From NCBI RefSeq assembly GCF_009914755.1, contig NC_060930.1: a stretch of DNA of 64,000 nt. One strand, written 5' to 3'. The notes under the pieces are model-generated. The model had not been told where the DNA came from. It saw nothing but the letters and a program-made list of their open reading frames with translations, and ran no database searches. The DNA is from the human T2T-CHM13v2.0 reference genome, Homo sapiens. Below, one piece after another: positions 13,982 to 26,784 of this stretch. The position numbers and the translations under genes were made by a program. Numbering within the stretch: position 1 is the stretch's first letter; every line of letters begins with the position of its first letter.

Positions 13982-14778
13982 GTAACCAACTTAATAAAGA
14001 TTAAGATAATTAAATGATAGAATTTTGAAGTAGTTTCCCAGTTTATAAGAAAACTCCTATTTCCATTTCAATAAGGTAACTGTGTATGCATGTAAACACA
14101 TGTGTATGAATTTTATACATGTCTGGGAGTGGGTATGTTTGTCATACTTCTTAGGAACTGACAAACCTTCCAGGTATTGACCAGAGGAACAACTCCATTT
14201 CTGACCCCTTCATCTTGTGTCTGGTAGGAATTTGGGGGTGTCGCTGTTTCAGGCTTCCTATTTTGCCTGAAGAAAGTACTGCCACTTATTCTTATGCAAT
14301 ACAAGCCAAAGCATAAGAGCACCATTATTGCTTGTCTTTGTTGTACACAGCTCCTCCTTTAGTCTACATAGCCACCATAGAAAAATGCAGTTTCAAAACA
14401 CTGAAATTCTTATGTAACATACCAGGTCCACCCTACTTAAAATGGGAAGTAACTGAGAACTGATTCAGTTATTCTATCTTTGGAGCTTTAATGCAATTAT
14501 CAACATCTAGTACCATATAGATTACTTATAGAACTATCCCTGTCTTCAGCACTTCCCTCCCATTTTCTCTTCTTGTTTTCCCAATTCTCAACTCCCTGTT
14601 AAACCCAAAGCAGCTAACAGTTGAAAGGTATGGTTAAGGGCCTAGGGCTAGACATGAAGCTGATCAGAGACAGAGAAGACTTAAAGAACTGGTTAATTGT
14701 TGACTCTGGGTGATACATAGAGTTTCATGCTGTTTGTAGATACTTAATTTTTTCCATAATAAAAAGTTTAAAAGAAAG

Positions 14779-14960
14779 AGCCATGTGCAATGGCATGTGC
14801 TGTAGTCCCAGCTACTTGGGAGGCTGAGGCAGGAGGATCACTTCAGCCCAGGAATTCAAGGCTGTGGTCCATGATGATCATGCCTGTGAATAACCACTGC
14901 AGTCCAGCCTGGGCAACATAGCAAGACTTCATCTCTTAAAAAAAAAAGTTATAAAAAAAA
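14779..14960 (+). mobile_element. FAM (fossil Alu monomer)
   Basis: single arm retaining the 7SL-type segment GATCATGCCTGTGAATAACCACTGC, with A tail. Confidence 0.8.
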
Positions 14961-16027
14961 ATGAGAAGCAATATTTTTAGTTCTTTTTAAGGAAGTTTTT
15001 CAGCAAAAGTGTGTGTGCATGTGTGAGAGAGAGTGACAGAGTGCTTGCGTGTTTGGTGGTGTTGAGGGAATTAAGTACTTAACTGGTTTTAAGGACATTT
15101 ATACTCATAAAGTGCAGTTCTTCTTTCAGAAAAGATACATTCTGTTAAAGAAGGTGAACCTTATTTGATAAATTCATTCTTTTGTTACCATGTATTTCAC
15201 TTAACATTGCATCCTCAAAGAAAAAAGATTACCAAAGTGAGACAGCAGTCAGGGAAATATGACATCGAAGTTTTGTTATGACTGCTTGTCTCAAAAGAGA
15301 GACCAGATTTTCATATTTAACAGCTCATGGAAATCAATCACTTAAAAAAGAAAATGAAATAAAATGATAATAGCTTTCAAAATTCTGTTAATTGAATTTA
15401 AAAATGAACTTCTATGCAATTTGTACACTGAAATCTGAAGGGTGGATATTGTACTGTATACATTAGTATGCTGTGCCAAACAATAAAAGATATACCATTC
15501 TAGGAAGACTACTTCAACAAACTGGGATCCAAGATATTATAAAGAATTTTAGGAGAAATCATGCAGCTTATGATATGAAAGGGTGGCTCATTTGGGGTCC
15601 ACTAGCTGAATTAAATTAGACAAAATGCTGAATAAAGTAATATAAACTTGCATAAATTGTATGTGTTGGTAAATAGTAAATTATTATGTAAGCCATAGGA
15701 AAAAGGCTTTCCACTTAACCAATAGCAATTCCATCAGTTAACTGCTGCTGTGTCATTTCATGTCAATGAACACACACAGAATCAGGACCTGGTGCTCACT
15801 GGTTCTGGTTGAAACTGATGTAAGTGTTGAGCCAAGATCAGACTCTGAGTATTGATTCGAGATCTAATGAATTTGGAATGTTAGAAACTAAACAGCCAGT
15901 TTTCTCTTAAATTCTTAAAAACAAGTCTCTGCATTTTATATCTTTTAAATCTGGAATTACCAGAAATGTGATGCATATTTCATTTTCTGTATGTTCCTCC
16001 CCTTCACTTCAACACGTACCCTTGAAG

Positions 16028-16187
16028 AACTGGGAGAAATGGAACTATTTCTGTGAGAGCCCTGGATGGACCCAAAGCCAGCATTGTGCCCAGCACACAC
16101 CATTCGACGTCTCCTCCAGGGTACACGATTCTAGATGTGGATGCAAATGCAATGCTGTTTGTTGGTGGCCTGACTGGGAAATTAAAG
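16028..16187 (+). CDS. LAMA2: LAMA2 exon 48 (160 nt): TGRNGTISV...GGLTGKLK
   Basis: ttgaag|AAC ... AAG|gtaatg; the ORF track shows a different frame here. Confidence 0.96.
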
Positions 16188-17289
16188 GTAATGTGTTCAT
16201 CCTCCTCCTGTTTATTTCATCTTTGTTGACATCTCCTGACATAATTACTTCAGGAGAAGGTATGATAAAGCTCTGTAAAACTTGATCACGTTTTACTTAA
16301 CTTGCATTTATGAAAACATGAATTTACTTTGAGTAAGAATTTTCTTCTTTGACGATTCAACCTGGAAACACAATATTTTTAAGCCTATGTGTATTTATTT
16401 AAACAGCTGTTGTTTTGTCTTTATCTGTGGCATCAGTTTTTTGTATATTCTTGTTTTAGTTGCCTCAAGAGCAAAGTGTTTTTTAAGTATACCTCATCTT
16501 CTGAATCGATTTATGATTTATAGATATGAAGTGCTATAAAGTTCATACTCACATCTAATTAAAAGATTTATGAATACTTTGGGAAATATCACAGGAGCTA
16601 TAAGCTTTCAAAACATGATCTGGTTTTTAAAGTTCTCAAGTTGCTCTTATTCTTATAGGATGATGCACTTAATATTCATAATTGCTTCATGACAGTCCTT
16701 GCGCATTTCAAATTGCAGAATGCCTGCCTTTTAAAGAAGCTTGTGTTGATTAAATGGAATTAGGTGTTGGGAAACCACTATGGGTGAGATGCAGGAGCAC
16801 AACCAAATATAATGGATAATCCTGGGCTTGTCAGAATCATCCTGAGTTGAGATTAGTCAGAAAATGTGAAAAGCCAGGGTGACCCCAAATTTATGAGGAC
16901 TCAACCTTCATATAGAATGAGGTTATTTTATTTACTTTGAGTACGAGATGTGACTCTAAAGTATGAGAATTTATTCCAAAACCACACGCTGAAGTTATCC
17001 TCGTTTCTTAGAACTTCATATAAATGTATATGGTACATAGTAATATATAGTCATATTATCAACTTTCTCTCCTTCACAGATAGATAAATATAGGGATAGC
17101 ACACAGTAGTACAAAAGCCATGAATTTTGAAATCAAATCCAGGTTGGATTTCCTCCTCTTCCACTTGCTAAAATATAACCTTAGACAAGTCACTTAACCC
17201 CTTGGGCTTTGGTTATCTCAACTAGAAAAGAATGATAAAAATATCTACCTTGCTTGCATATTGTAGGATACAATAATACATTTTTTAAT

Positions 17290-17900
17290 ATTCTTATAAC
17301 TCTTCCTATATGCTAAGTAATGTTCTCAGTAATTTACATGAATTAACTTGTTTAATTTTTACAACAACCCCAAAAAGTATGTCTTAGTCCATTAGGGCTG
17401 CTATAAGAAAAATACCATGAAACTGGGTAGTTTATAAATAAACAAACATTTATTTCTCACAATTCTTGAAGCTAAGAAGTCTGAGATCAAGGTACTGGCA
17501 GATTTGGTGTTTAGTGAGAGCCAGTTTTTCATAGAAGGAGGCTTCTTGCTGTTCTCACATAGTAGAAAGAGTGAACAAGCTCCTTTGGACCTATTTTATA
17601 AGGGCACTAATTTCATTCATGAAGGCCCTGCCCCTCACCATCTAAAACTCACCTCTCAAATGCCCTGCCTGCTAATACCATCACTTTGGCGGGTAGGATT
17701 TTAACATAAGAATTTTGAGAGGGACACAGACATTCACACTATAGCAAGGCAGATACTAATATTCTCATTCTGTAGTTAAGGAATCTGAAGAAGAGAGATG
17801 TTAAATGTCTTGACCATGGTCACACAGTAATTAGCAGAGCTGGGATTTGAACATAGGTTAATAGGCACAGTGGTCTTCACTCTCAACATCTTGCTTCACT
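17290..17900. mobile_element. MIR split in two (about 17290-17379 and 17747-17900) by an LTR insertion
   Basis: ...TTACAACAACCC | LTR | AGGCAGATAC...CATGGTCACACAG...AGAGCTGGGATTTGAAC continue one MIR consensus. Confidence 0.7.
17380..17746 (-). mobile_element. MLT1A-type MaLR solo LTR
   Basis: TGTCTTAGTCCATTAGGGCTGCTATAAG...CACAGACATTCACACTATAGCA, TG...CA ends. Confidence 0.88.
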
Positions 17901-18440
17901 GCCACAATGAATAGTGAGACACACACTACCATAGAGTGTGTGTATAAAATATATGGCAAATAGCTGAGATGTGGTAGTCACACCTTAAATTGTACCTTAA
18001 TAATTATTATGCAAATGTAATTGGCACAAAAACAGTATTCTATCAGTCTCAGAAAAAGAAAGAAAACATGAACAAATGAAATCTATAGCAAACCTTAGGA
18101 AATCATTTTGGCCAAGAATTTCAAGACTACTGCCACACCAGAATATGAACCAAAAGCTGAAAACAACTAAATGAACTTGCTCATGAGAATTCAAATGAGC
18201 AGGAAAATCTCTCAAATATAGCTTTTCAGGATGCAAGAAGAAGCAAAAAGCAAGCAGAATTCACAAGTAGGATAATCAATCTCTAGAAAATTAAGAGGTT
18301 CAGAGTGATGACAGAGCATTGCAAGGACGACTCCAATGTGCAAGTCAGGGGCTCCGATCAACAATCTTTCTATGCGGCTGTGCAATACATGGTCACAGCA
18401 GTGGGAAATGTACATGTTGATGGGTTTAACCTAAAACCAT

Positions 18441-18851
18441 AGCAGTAGGCTATACCATAGAGCCTAGGTGTGTAGTAGGCTATACCATCTAGATTTGTGC
18501 AAGTACTGTACAGTCTATGCTTTTAACTATTCAGTAACTGATTTTACTATTTAAAATTTTAACTATTCAGTAACTGTTTTCTTATGTGTGTTCTAAAAAC
18601 CAAATGAGTCAATGCATGTTTTTCCCAGATAATCTGAGTAAATATGGGTTCACTTTGGCACAGAGTTTTTAAAGTTGTAGGCACCAGAATATAATACAGT
18701 CATGTGTCACTCAATGACAAGAATACATTCTGAGAAAGTTGGAATTAGGCAATTTCCTCAATGTGCAAACATCATAAAGTGTACAGTACTTGCACAAATC
18801 TAGATGGTACAGCCTACTACACACCTAGGCTTTATGGTATAGCCTACTGCT
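18441..18851. repeat. 72-bp inverted repeat (18441-18512 / 18780-18851), 70/72 identical
   Basis: direct base-by-base comparison of the two arms. Confidence 0.97.
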
Positions 18852-19035
18852 CCAAGGCTAGAGCCTGTACAGCATGTTCCTCCACTGAATGCTGTAGGCA
18901 GTTGTAACTCAATGGTAAGTATTTGTGTACCTAAACATAAACAAGGTACAGTAAAAATACAGTATTATAATTTTATGGAAGCACCATCATATATGTGATC
19001 TGTCATTTACCAAAACATTTGTAATGTGTCAATGC
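18697..19035 (+). mobile_element. Tigger3a (MER7A) DNA transposon
   Basis: starts TA|CAGTCATG; ATTCTGAGAAA...TAGATGGTACAGCCTACTACACACCTAGGC...GGTAAGTATTTGTGTA. Confidence 0.85.
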
Positions 19036-19892
19036 CAAAACAGTTGTTTCAATTTACAACAAACTTCTCTAGGAGGGACCAGGTCATTCTCTTTCTTCAT
19101 GATTGTGTATCAAGCCTAAGACTTTTCCTGTGAAAATGACACCAGGATTGAATTTGATCAGATTATTTGTCGATTCTCTATTTGACTCCAGGCCCTGTGC
19201 TGTGTATACAAGCAAACGACACCAATGTGGTCTCATTTCCTACAAAGTTGCTTACTTTTTCTTTATTCCCTTGAACTCGAAATCTTCTTGGCTGTGAACA
19301 GAAATTTAAAAATTTACAGCAGCACTACCATAGAGTGATTTATACAAGTGCTTTTAAAAAATCTCTTCTATGTCATCAGCGTGTCCCCTTTCTTCTGATC
19401 TCAGGGGAAAAAGCTTTGTGTATGCATGGCCCAAATTTGCCCAAAGAAAATTATGTAGGAGCACTAGCATTTATTGAACACCTTCTGTATATCAGGCACT
19501 GAGATTGGTGTCATAAATAAATTATCTAACTTTATTCTCACAAAAATTCCACATTACAGACAAAAGAATAGAATTGTGGAGAAGGTCAGCAGCTCACCTA
19601 AAGTTAGAAGCTAGGAAGTGTTTATTTACTGATGATGAAAACTGGTATAGCAAAAAGTAATCAGCATTCGTGGATTAAATAGTTGAGCTTTTCCCCTGTT
19701 GTTGACTCATCCTGTAGTAGCTCTAAGGATACGGACAGACTATGATGAAAAGATGAATATGTACATATGCCAAAATATCAGAAAGAATGGATAATGATAA
19801 CTTTAGTTTCTGCTGATAATAACTCTCATGGATAAACCAAGATTATTTGTGAAATTCCAAATTCTAGCAAATAACGGTATTTCTTTCTGCAG

Positions 19893-20017
19893 AAGGCTGA
19901 TGCTGTACGTGTGATTACATTCACTGGCTGCATGGGAGAAACATACTTTGACAACAAACCTATAGGTTTGTGGAATTTCCGAGAAAAAGAAGGTGACTGC
20001 AAAGGATGCACTGTCAG
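19893..20017 (+). CDS. LAMA2: LAMA2 exon 49 (125 nt): KADAVRVITFTGCMGE...CKGCTVS
   Basis: ctgcag|AAG ... GTCAG|gttagt; ORF 19911..20108. Confidence 0.97.
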
Positions 20018-22430
20018 GTTAGTTGAGATGAGAACTCTCCCAGGGTCTGTCCTGTGCATAATAAAAGCTTCGATTTTATTGCATAATATTCTATTATCAT
20101 GTGGATGATGTGGAGCAGGTTTGAAAGGATTATACTCAGAGGTGGAATTACCACAAAACTAATGAATCTTCAAGTCCCTGCCTGCATTTGCACAGGCATT
20201 TTTCAAGGCCCTGGGAGGTATACTAGCAGTACATTTGCATAGTCATATGTTTTTATAAAATTTGCAAAGGTAAGAGATTTTGGCTACAATCAGTTAAGTT
20301 TCCACTCCAATGTTCTTTCATGTCGAGGGGTTTTTTTGTGTCTGTGAGTACCTCATTGTTATAATTTTTTTTTCCTAAAGAGAGCTTTCCCCAAACTGAT
20401 TAAGTTTCAGGTCTTGCTGAGCATGAATTCACTATATTTATGTTTATAACAAAATTAGAACCCCAGCCTAGGTTTTATCTCTTACAGGATTTTTTTTTAA
20501 TTGACACATAGGATCCTACAAGTGCTTCAACTGGAAACCTATGGGATCTAATGATTCTGCTTCAAGAGAGAAGGAGAACAAGGGGCCGAGATAGTCCAGG
20601 AGGAAAGTTCCTAATACATGACCTCAATTATAAGATAGAGGGTAGAATGAATAGGAATTTGAAAATATTTAACATCCTATCATACTAAGCATGTGTAGAG
20701 AATAAACACTTTTATATAAAAATGAATACAGGATATAAAATATTTAGCTATAAGTAGAGGATTTCTCAGCATAAAAATCTTAGAGCCCACTTATCACCCA
20801 AGCCTAAAGCAATTTTGTTAAATTAAAACTATAAAACATACTTTAAATACCTGCAAAGTTAACATGTCATAACAGCAACTCAAAAACCATTAAGTGCTAA
20901 GGAGTTTGTGTTATTTTCCATTTAAAGGATATACATACGTTTCTAGGACCCAAATCCTAGCAAAGTACACTTCACATTTCTTTCTCTACATCTCTAGAGT
21001 TTCATAGAAGAAAGTAGCCCCAAAATGTTATCCCTCTAAAAGTCTTAACTTCCAACTCTTTGTTTCTTTTTGACATCATGGACTTGTCAACATGAAATTG
21101 AGGATAGTTTGAAAGCGTGACCCATTCATTGTTTAAAATGGTTTTGTCAATAATCTTAAACAAAATTTAACATGGAAGGTTGTCTGTAAAATTCTTTCAA
21201 TACATGAAAGACAGTGAAGCCCACATTAATATTCTGCTACTCACAAACCAACACCAACTTTTCCCTAAGCGTTTCTTTGGTAAACTTCTAAGTAGGATTT
21301 TCAAAAGCCTATTATCAACAACAAAACATCTAAGGCATTTAAATATCCATTCAGCAGTGCATGTCATGTGAAACTGTAACATCACTAATTATCAATTCTG
21401 CAAAGATTTTGCACTTCAACACATAAAGTATTATGCTAATTTATGATTATAAGAGTATTCCTATGTATACGTAGGGTGTTTTGTAGGTTGCAGAGATTCA
21501 CGTTTACAACTTCCTGATGCTAGAATGAATACAGCCTAGTCCTAGCCATGAAAAGACATCACCAGGAAGGGAGGAAAAAACAAATACTAAAATAGTTCAA
21601 ATATCAGGCATAATAAAAGTCCCTTTAAAAAGGCACATTTGGAGTATACTACAATTACCCACATCAGATTAAGGGCATCATGATCTGCTTCACAGAGGAG
21701 GTGACATTTGAAATGGTCTTGACCTGAGGTAAGAGTCCAAAAAGAGGAGATAGCAGAAGAAATGTGAAGAACATTCTAATTCCTGAAACCAGTAAGAGCA
21801 AAGGGAGGAAGAGTGGGAAGCCGGAGTGTTTTTAGAAAAGAACAAGTGTGAATTCACTCATACAAGATTGGCAAATGGGAGAATGATTCGGGTAAGATGC
21901 AGTGGCCACATAGGTTCATACACACTTCTTCCCAGCATAATCATGTTTTTTTTTCTACCCTATAACGGTAGCTGAATCCAAAGTAAACCAACATAGCTGA
22001 AGACACCAACCTCAAAGTACTGTGCCACAACACAGCCTGTACACAGTGTGCATTCACCCATATGCCTGCCTTCAGCTTGATTTAGCCAAGCACTCTATCT
22101 CGGAAATGTTCGTGGCCCACGTCTTTTCCGTCATTGTGCATTTTTGCCCCATCGCTAACACTTGGCAGTGTCAGCCCTTTCTTATACTCCTTGTCATCAA
22201 ACTATATTCACATTTTCCTTTTAAGGTGAAGTGATATGTATACTGAAATAATCCTATATTTTTTAATGTTTTAGTGTATCTTTTTGAGCTGTGCTAATAC
22301 TTTGATCAGGATTGTTATTGTTTTGTGAGTTCTCTAATTACACAGTTGTGTAAGTTTTTAGCAGGTCAGCCCCAACCCTATTTTCCCATAAGCCCTGTTA
22401 TTTGTAAGAATAATTTTTATAGAACTCCTG

Positions 22431-22460
22431 GTGTTTGTTTGTTTGTTTGTTTGTTTATTT
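22431..22460. repeat. (TTTG)n microsatellite
   Basis: GTTTGTTTGTTTGTTTGTTTGTTT. Confidence 0.9.
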
Positions 22461-23980
22461 GTTGTTTTCAGGAAAACACTTATCACATTTGAACATAAAG
22501 AGCAATCATTCCTACTAAAGAGCAGGAGTGATTTCATGGAGAAGATGTAAAAGTGAGGCTAAAAGAGGTAGACTAAGAAAATGTCATAAAGACCTTAGAA
22601 TGTCAGTTTTAGAAATTTGCATTTATTCAATAGTCAGTAGAAGAGATAAAATTGTTGTTATGCTTTAGAAAGAGTAATCTGTCAAAGATATTTTTAAAAG
22701 TGTATCTTATTTTTCTCATGCTTCTAAAATTCACATTAAGATTAAAGTAAGGGGAAAAATCTGCTGCAAGTAAAATTTAGTTAGCTGAGCATTGAAATGG
22801 TGATATTTTAATAGACTTAGCCCCAATATTCACCTAGAACGTAGCTGCTCCAAAATAGCGTAATTAATCTATACTAACTTTACCAGACATCAAGGTTCAA
22901 AAGAGAAACAAAAGGCAAATTAAGAAGCCTAGCATTTATTAATTATGAAAGAATAGGGGCTTTTTTAGTAAATGCATTCAGAATGAATAGGATAACTCTA
23001 TTCTATTCTATGTCGAAATATTATAGAGTGTACCTGGAAGGACTCATATTATTTCTCATCCCATAGTCACCAATTCAAAGCCAGACTTACCTTGTTTCTC
23101 CTAGTGTTTTCTAATGAATTAAATGAACTGGGGGGATCTACAGCTCTGTGTTTAGCCACTCCCAGTCCACAACTCTTTCCCGCAGGTATCTCCACAATCG
23201 CAGTAACATCAGACAGATAGGTAGGTAGATAGACAGATACATAAAAATAGCCTCATGTTTGGAAAAAATATTTTAAATGTATTCACAAGACTTATCTTAG
23301 ATATTCATTAATTATGCATCCAATATTGATTAAACATATATTCTCTGTGAGGCAATTTGCTATACTAAAATCTTTGTCATCCTACAAACATCAACTGGAT
23401 TCTAGGATCCAAGTACTGTATTGTATGTACTAGATGTTTTGAGTTTGTGCCTGACATAGGACCTAGCCCATAATCTCTTAGATGGTCTCATGAAATTTAC
23501 ATTCTAGTGAAGGAGACAGAAGAAACCATAAAAATAAATACAGGCCTCCTTAATCGTCTGAATCTAATTTGTTCCAGAAAAATTTGTTGGAAGGCAAATA
23601 TTCAGAGTAGGATCCTATATATAAGAAATGTAATAATGTATTCTCAGCCCATCCAGAAACCCCGCCCCTTTGCCCAAATACCACTAAGACACCCTTAAGC
23701 ATCAATATAACTATCTACTACCAAGTGCTTTTACAAAACATAAAGCACTTAAAAAAACTAATGATTTAGTTATTGCACACCTCATGAAAGGTGAGAGGTG
23801 GTTTTTACTTATTCTAGCACGGTGGCAGTAGAGATGGAGATAAGTGGAAGGAATGAAGATGTATTTAGGGTATTTCCTGCCCTACAACAGCCTATAGTCT
23901 CATTGCTATTCAGTGATGCATTGAATAATGACAGACCGAATAGATATGATCTGATTCATGTGAAATGTCTCTCTTCTCAG

Positions 23981-24143
23981 TCCTCAGGTGGAAGATAGTG
24001 AGGGGACTATTCAATTTGATGGAGAAGGTTATGCATTGGTCAGCCGTCCCATTCGCTGGTACCCCAACATCTCCACTGTCATGTTCAAGTTCAGAACATT
24101 TTCTTCGAGTGCTCTTCTGATGTATCTTGCCACACGAGACCTG
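23981..24143 (+). CDS. LAMA2: LAMA2 exon 50 (163 nt), start of LG2: PQVEDSEGTIQFDG...LATRDL
   Basis: tctcag|TCC ... CTG|gtaaag; ORF 23988..24176. Confidence 0.97.
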
Positions 24144-24198
24144 GTAAAGATCATATGCATAGCAGAGTTTCCGTGACTAAAATGCGTTTGCTTCTTTT

Positions 24199-24246
24199 AT
24201 CAGTTATTGGTAAAATCATCAGTTATTGGTAAAATTATCAGTTATT
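24199..24246. repeat. 19-bp tandem repeat, about 2.5 copies
   Basis: ATCAGTTATTGGTAAAATC ATCAGTTATTGGTAAAATT ATCAGTTATT. Confidence 0.93.
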
Positions 24247-24835
24247 TTCTAAAAAGCCTGGGATGATTGTCTGGCAGCCAAGAATGGGTGATACAGATAG
24301 TGCTTATATATTTTCAATAATAACTTTAATCACAGATACAATTTAATTACTATTTATTTTCAATACAACTCCCCACATAATCCTTTAAGCAATACATCCG
24401 GTAATAATTTTTCCCAGCATGGAGCCATACAGCAGCAAAATGCTTCCTTAATCTTCTTTCAGAGACCTGAGTTGAAAAGGTGATTATAAGTATTCTTTGG
24501 CCTCATTTTTTTCTGGTCAGTATTTCTTACTGAATTCTTTCTGGGAACATACCTTTTGGTTCACTTAATATGTTTTCAAATGAACTCACATTTTACGACT
24601 GTAATAAAAGGATATGTCTTAGAAATTTTGTTGTGACCATGTGCATCATAATATCACAGCCACAAAAATTCAGAAAATAGTAACACCAATTCTATTTTCA
24701 AAATGGATTTCTGCAACAGAGTGACATATTCAGCAATTTAGCCACAAGACCCTAACATAAACCACACAAGAAAAGTGAACACTCATATACTTCTCTGTGT
24801 ATCTAACCACTGGGGTATGTTTACTCTATTAATAG

Positions 24836-24980
24836 AGAGATTTCATGAGTGTGGAGCTCACTGATGGGCACATAAAAGTCAGTTACGATCTGGGCTCAGG
24901 AATGGCTTCCGTTGTCAGCAATCAAAACCATAATGATGGGAAATGGAAATCATTCACTCTGTCAAGAATTCAAAAACAAG
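24836..24980 (+). CDS. LAMA2: LAMA2 exon 51 (145 nt): RDFMSVELTDG...SRIQKQ
   Basis: taatag|AGA ... CAAG|gtgagt; translated manually. Confidence 0.96.
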
Positions 24981-26784
24981 GTGAGTTTTTACAGTAATAA
25001 TGCAATATAGGCCTTAATCATGAAATCCAAAGTGCACATGTACCTGATCAAGAGGAAGGCTCCGTCTATAATTTTAGCTACTCACGAGTTCAGTGAAAAA
25101 TTTATACAGTCATTTTTTTGGCTTAGATTATAGGTGATTTGGGTTAGACATGACTGATTGAAGAGCCAAATGCTTCTCTATCATTTTCTTTTGAAACTGA
25201 GAGCTTAATTTGAAAGCATAAAACTGTCTTACAACTTGCAAAATTATATCCTGTAATATGTTTGAAAAATGTTGGGTGCTTTTCTTTTCTCCCTATTTTG
25301 TCAAGATGTTTCCTTTAAAGTGGCCCACAGTGGAATCTATAGGAGTGGTAGGGCATAGTTATCAGTTCTTTGCTCATTTAAATTGCCAAACATTTGTATG
25401 CCTGCAAGTAAATAATTGATCAATAGTAACATGACATGTTTATGATTCGGGGACATTTTAAAACACTTTCACAAACATTGTTTTATCTGATCACATAAGC
25501 AGGTATTTTGTTCCAGTGTTAGAGAAAGTAAAATATACACTCAAACTTTTATGTGGTCACAGACATATATATAAAAGATCTCACAACCAAGACAGAAATC
25601 CAAGTCTATTAATTCTGAGTGTAGTGCTATTGCTTTTTAAGTATATAATTGCTCTAATTCTGTGTAGTATGGCATTACCAATATCTGCAAATGAGACTTT
25701 GTTACTTCTGCTAATATAAATAGACTCAATTAATGTTGCCAATGCCAGTGTGACATTTCATGAAAATTTACGTTTAAATTTAAATTTGTACCGTCTTTCA
25801 TTTCTGCATTTAATACATATCTGCCAGGCACCTTCTAAGTACCATGTAAGAACTAAATGAAGTTCTAAGTTCTTGCCTTCAAGGAACTTGCATCGAACTG
25901 GGGAGATAGACAAGTATCAATGGTTAGAGGATAGAGAGCTAATTGCTGTGATAGAGATGTATGTAGCCAGCGAGCAATCTCAGAAGAGAGACACTTGAGT
26001 CAAACAGAGAGGTCAGTTTCCACTGGAGTGACCCTGAGGCACAAGCTGGATGAGGAGTTAGCTGGATGAAAAGCATGTATGGACATTTCAGAGTAGTGAA
26101 AGTTGTGTGAAAGCCTGGAGTCATCAGAGAGAATAACACATCCTTTTCCAGCTGCATTTCCAACAGGAAACTCTAGAGAAACCTCTCATATGGGACAAAA
26201 ACTGGCTTTGCAATTCTTTATTTTGGAGTGCTGCTGCGTACATTGTTCCTGTGTAAGAGAGGCACAATGCACATTTGCATGTCAGAAGCTCTGTGTAGTT
26301 AGTTGTTCAGTAAGAAGAATGTTTAGCTGTTTAACCCAGCATTTCCCAAATTTCTTTAATCAGAGAAATCCTTCCATTCCTGTAATACTAGCATTCTGCT
26401 GAACACACTTTGGGGAATGCTTTAGTAACTACAAGTGAATCCATAGCCTACACGAATGAATGTTGGCAGGAAATTATCAGTAGGGGCCAAGAGATAACAG
26501 AACCAGTGCATAAGGGGACATATGAGCTAAGTGAGTGAGTTTCAGCTTTATCCTGAAAGCCATAGGGATACCGAGAACTCTAAGAGTTTTAAGAAAGGGT
26601 GTGATATCATAAGACTTGTGCTTTAGTAAAGTTTCTTTAGCAGCAGTTTGGAGATATGTAACAATTTAGGATGCTACGGAGTCTGGTGAGCCTAGTGTCT
26701 CCCCACCAACTTCTCTTCTATAGTAGTAGAATAACAGATTTGAAGAAAGAAGGAGAAGATGGATATGCATTATAAAAGAAAAAA

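Noticed and set aside
15968-16285. 105-aa ORF over exon 48, and similar off-frame or antisense ORFs over exons 57, 58 and 60
   Set aside because: Shadow frames of real exons; the spliced LAMA2 frame explains the sequence
18441-18851. Inverted repeat as a pre-miRNA or as transposon terminal repeats
   Set aside because: The 267-nt loop is too large for a canonical pre-miRNA, and the arms derive from the element interior rather than its ends
24826-24835. Perfect MEF2 motif CTATTAATAG
   Set aside because: It is the exon 51 splice acceptor itself, and AT-rich matches are frequent by chance
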